Shown: positions 60,700-64,000 of the stretch, piece after piece
Layout: every line of letters starts with the position of its first letter
Position numbering within the stretch: position 1 is the stretch's first letter
Assembly (NCBI RefSeq): GCF_006345805.1
Contig: NC_043005.1
Span: 15,500,001-15,564,000 of the forward strand
Origin: Octopus sinensis
Taxonomy: Eukaryota
Length of the DNA stretch: 64,000 nucleotides
Reading direction: 5' to 3'
Notes under the pieces: generated by a model
Databases searched by the model: none
Told to the model about the DNA's origin: nothing
What the model saw: only the letters and a program-made list of their open reading frames with translations
Made by a program: the position numbers and the translations under genes

Positions 60700-61262
60700 A
60701 AGGGTGTAACCAGTTCACTTATGCGTGCCTTTTCTTCATTGGATGCTAAATTCTGCTTGTGAAGACCTGTTGAGACAAGCGAAATCAAAATCAAATTCAA
60801 TGACTGGCATCTGTGCTAGTAGAGCGCTAAGAGTACCATATGAGTGAGATCGTTACCAGAGCAACAAGCTGGCATCCGTGCTGATGGCACGTTACAAACA
60901 CCATTCAAGTGTGATCATTACCTGCGTCGCCTTACTAGCACTTGTACTGGTGGTATGTGAAAAAACATTCAAACAAGGTCGTTGCCAGTACCGCTGGTCT
61001 GGCTCCTGTGCAGGTGGCACATAAAAAGTACCATTTGAGCGTGGCTGTTGCCAGTACCGCCTAACTGACCTCACGCCAGTGGCACGTAAAAGCATCCACT
61101 ACACTCTTGGAGTGGTTGGCGTTAGGAAGGGCATCCAGCTGTAGAAACTCTGCCAGATCAGATTGGAGTCTGGTGCAGCCATCTGGTTTGCCAGACCTCA
61201 GTCAAATCGTCCAACCCATGCTAGTATGGAAAGTGGATGTTAAACGATGATGATGATGATGA
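60700..61262 (+). mobile_element. RTE 3'UTR-derived element with diverged VNTR
   Basis: Family match. Confidence 0.82.
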
Positions 61263-61299
61263 TAGATAGATAGATAGATATACACTTATATATATATAC

Positions 61300-61852
61300 A
61301 TATATATATAATAAAGCTCAATATGTGTGTGCCTGTACATCTATAGGATGAATGGGAACAGAAGATACAAACAAAGTGTTCTCCGGTAAAATTTTACAAG
61401 AGAGACAATGAGCTACATAAAATTTACTTTCCATTGAGATTAGGGGGTTTAAAGTGGGGCAAACACCCCCTGTGAAATTTCAAATACTTCCGATTTCAGT
61501 GAAAATAACAACATAACTTCTAGGTAGTAAATAAAGGCAATTTCCAAAATTTCACCATCTTACAATATTATTTGACCCTACTAAAGGGGTTTATAACATG
61601 GGACAGAGCCCCTTTGAAAGTGCAAATACATCAACTTTTCATGGAAGGTACATAAAGTTTCAGTATGTGTTCTTGGAATAAGTTAAAAGTTCAACAATGC
61701 ATATCTTATTCTAGACTTTGCAACATAATTTTATGCATTAGAAAAAGAATATTTTAATAAGCAAAACATACTTCGTTTACAATATCACGGTCAGTCCAAA
61801 CACCTGACTCATCAGTTGAGCGTATACCAATACAACGATCAACAGTGACTAG
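61300..61852 (+). mobile_element. Older Helitron-like element
   Basis: 5' tatatatataataaagct...gtgtgtg start and degenerate ...caacg...CTAG end. Confidence 0.4.
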
Positions 61853-61871
61853 CTTTGTGTCTAAAGAATAT

Positions 61872-62370
61872 ATCATCATCATCATCATCATCGTTTAGTG
61901 TCCGCTTTCCATGCTAGCATGGGTTGGACGGTTCAACTGGGGTCTGTGAAGCCAGAAGGCTTCATCAGGCCCAGTCAGATCTGGCAGTGTTTCTACAGCT
62001 GGATGCCTTTCCTAACGCCAACCACTCCATGAGTGTAGTGGGTGCTTTTTACGTGCCACCCGCACAGGTGCCAGACGGAGCTGGCAAACGGCCATGAACG
62101 GATGGTGCTTTTATGTGCCACCGGCACGGGGGCCAGGCGAGGCTGGCAACGGACACGAACGGATGGTGCTTTTTACGTGCCACCGGCACGAGGCCAGTTG
62201 GGGCGGCGCTGGCAACGGTCACGAACGGATGGTTCTCTTACGTGCCACCGGCACTGGTAACTCATCTGCAATTTCCATTGATCGATTTCGATTCTGATCC
62301 TCACTTGCCTCAACACGTCTTCACAAGTAGAGTTTTGTGTCCCAAGAAGGGAAGGTATGCATACGTAGGC
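61872..62370 (-). mobile_element. RTE 3'UTR-derived element with VNTR
   Basis: Family match. Confidence 0.88.
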
Positions 62371-63118
62371 TGGCTCTATCCCATGTAGCTGTTTTTTATC
62401 CATGTTTGACTTTTGTCATGTTTCACTTACATGTTAGCAAAAAAGATACACACACACACACACACACCACACACACGAGAGTGGACTGAGTGCTTTTACA
62501 TGGCACAAGCACAGGTGAGGTCAGTTTTGGCAGGTTTTTACAGCTGGATGCCCTTCCAAATGCCAACCACTTTACAGTGTAGACTGGATGCTTTTTTTGT
62601 AGCACCTGCATTGACATTTCACCATGTACCTTGCAAGACAAAATCTTTGGTGGGATAGTGATGTGCATGGAGATAGTTAGATGACTAATGTGTCAGATGA
62701 TGAAAGGTTATAGTGAGAGAGAAAAACGGGAAGGAAAACCTGTGTTGGTTAGAAGAGGACAAGGTTACCCTGCCAGAGAGAGAAGAGATCCAGATGAGTA
62801 CAGAAACAGGTGTGCTGCTGTAAAGGAGATACATGGTTACCCAACCGGGGGAAGACAGGAGAGAGAGAGAGTGGGAGACCATAAGATAGAGGTGGTGGCA
62901 AAGTTCCAGGCATACTCACAAGGGACGGGAATCAGAATATAAATGGAATGGTCAAGTAAAGAAAGAGAGAGATATAGATGGTGGCAAGTGACATGGTGAA
63001 TTCTTGAGGTTTGAGTGTCATGTTATAAGTGGGCAGGACATTGCCAAAGAAGTGTGATTAGAGGGGAATGCAGTGAGTGGTGAAAACCTGGGTATATAGA
63101 GTGGGGGTGGGCTACCGA

Positions 63119-63448
63119 TAGCAATGATACAGAGAAACAAGGGCCAAGAGGACAGGAGTGAGAGGTAACATAGTGCATGAAAGAGCAAATGTGAGAAAGA
63201 GAAGAGATGTAGTTTGGTTTGTTGTGTAGGTATGTGAAAAGTTTTTCTTGTTACATGTGGATGGAATACACAGATCAGGGGCTAGCAGAGAGCAATGATA
63301 CAGGGAAAACAGAGCTAAGAGGACAGGATGGGGAGTGAGAGGTAAGCATAGTGCATAAAGAGCAAATAGAAAAGAAGAGATGTAGTTTTGTTTGTTGGGG
63401 TAGGGTGAGGGAAAAGTTTTCTTGTTATGTGTGGATGGACACAGCACT
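63119..63448. repeat. Diverged about 170-bp tandem duplication
   Basis: gcaatgatacag...aagaggacagg...gagatgtagttt...gtggatgga at about 63119 and 63289. Confidence 0.8.
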
Positions 63449-64000
63449 TCTAGAACTCAAGAAACTTCATAAGTGTGCCCTGTCAGTCACACTTGAAGGA
63501 AATAATAAAACAACAGAGTGGGAGTGGGTGACAGTCAAGATGCTAAACCGGTGACAGTATTTAAAGGCTTTACTCCAAAGACGGTAGTTAATCAGAATAA
63601 AACTGCAAATTTTTTTTTTCATAGTTGTATTTACTTTATCAAATACTGGTGTTCCTCTTTCAGGTGAGAAAATACTTCCAACTCCCAACAGTTTTTATTA
63701 ACTCTCTACAAAACTCAGATGAAGCCCCCAATAGAATACTATGTGGACAATGTTGATGCCATACAATGCTAATGTCGGGTGGCCATTCTGGGGATGCAGC
63801 TATGAGGTCTGCATCCCCAAAATGGCTGCCCTGACTATTATCATACAATCACTCATCAATACACTTACACTCCAAACTCTGATCCACAGACAATGTTGTC
63901 TTACCACTCTGCTTCTACAACTTGTACAGTGGTCTGATTCTTGTAGCAGGCTGATCTTATACTACTTCTACTCAGATTCATCCAACTTACTCTGCTCTCC

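Noticed and set aside
61790-61815. Hammerhead-like CTGATGA-GTCAG...CTGAC on minus strand
   Set aside because: No GAAA after stem II.
61772-61860. Open 89-nt minus-strand exon candidate (DTKLVTVDRCIGIRSTDESGVW...) with AG/GT ends
   Set aside because: Overlaps the apparent 3' end of a Helitron-like repeat, has a weak polypyrimidine tract and no recognisable motif; kept only as a remote possibility.

Overview
AT-rich, microsatellite- and retroposon-dense animal genomic DNA. The SINE and LINE families point to a coleoid cephalopod, most likely Octopus (inference). Two genes on the minus strand can be assembled by hand from splice signals and phases, and the ORF track mostly misses them. (1) A USP37/USP26/USP29-family deubiquitinase with 8 coding exons from 21017 down to 1 (PH-like N-terminus, KEN motif, Cys box GLTNMGNTCY, QDAHE box); it continues off the left edge. 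Its second coding exon carries a 7-bp tandem duplication that frameshifts the gene. (2) A decayed or indel-damaged type I membrane-protein gene at about 42.8 to >55.5 kb, with FN3-like exon relics, a clean transmembrane exon and a cytoplasmic-tail exon. The rest is mobile DNA: several tRNA-derived SINE families (one with a Penelope-type hammerhead relic), RTE LINEs and their VNTR-bearing 3' ends, CR1/L2-type LINEs, Penelope-like GIY-YIG relics, mariner elements, TTAA (piggyBac-like) MITEs including a 5-copy tandem array, Helitron-like elements and a 424-bp foldback MITE. No CRISPR array, rRNA or convincing tRNA gene. Repeat boundaries are approximate (tens of bp); exon boundaries were read from the sequence. 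No database search was run.
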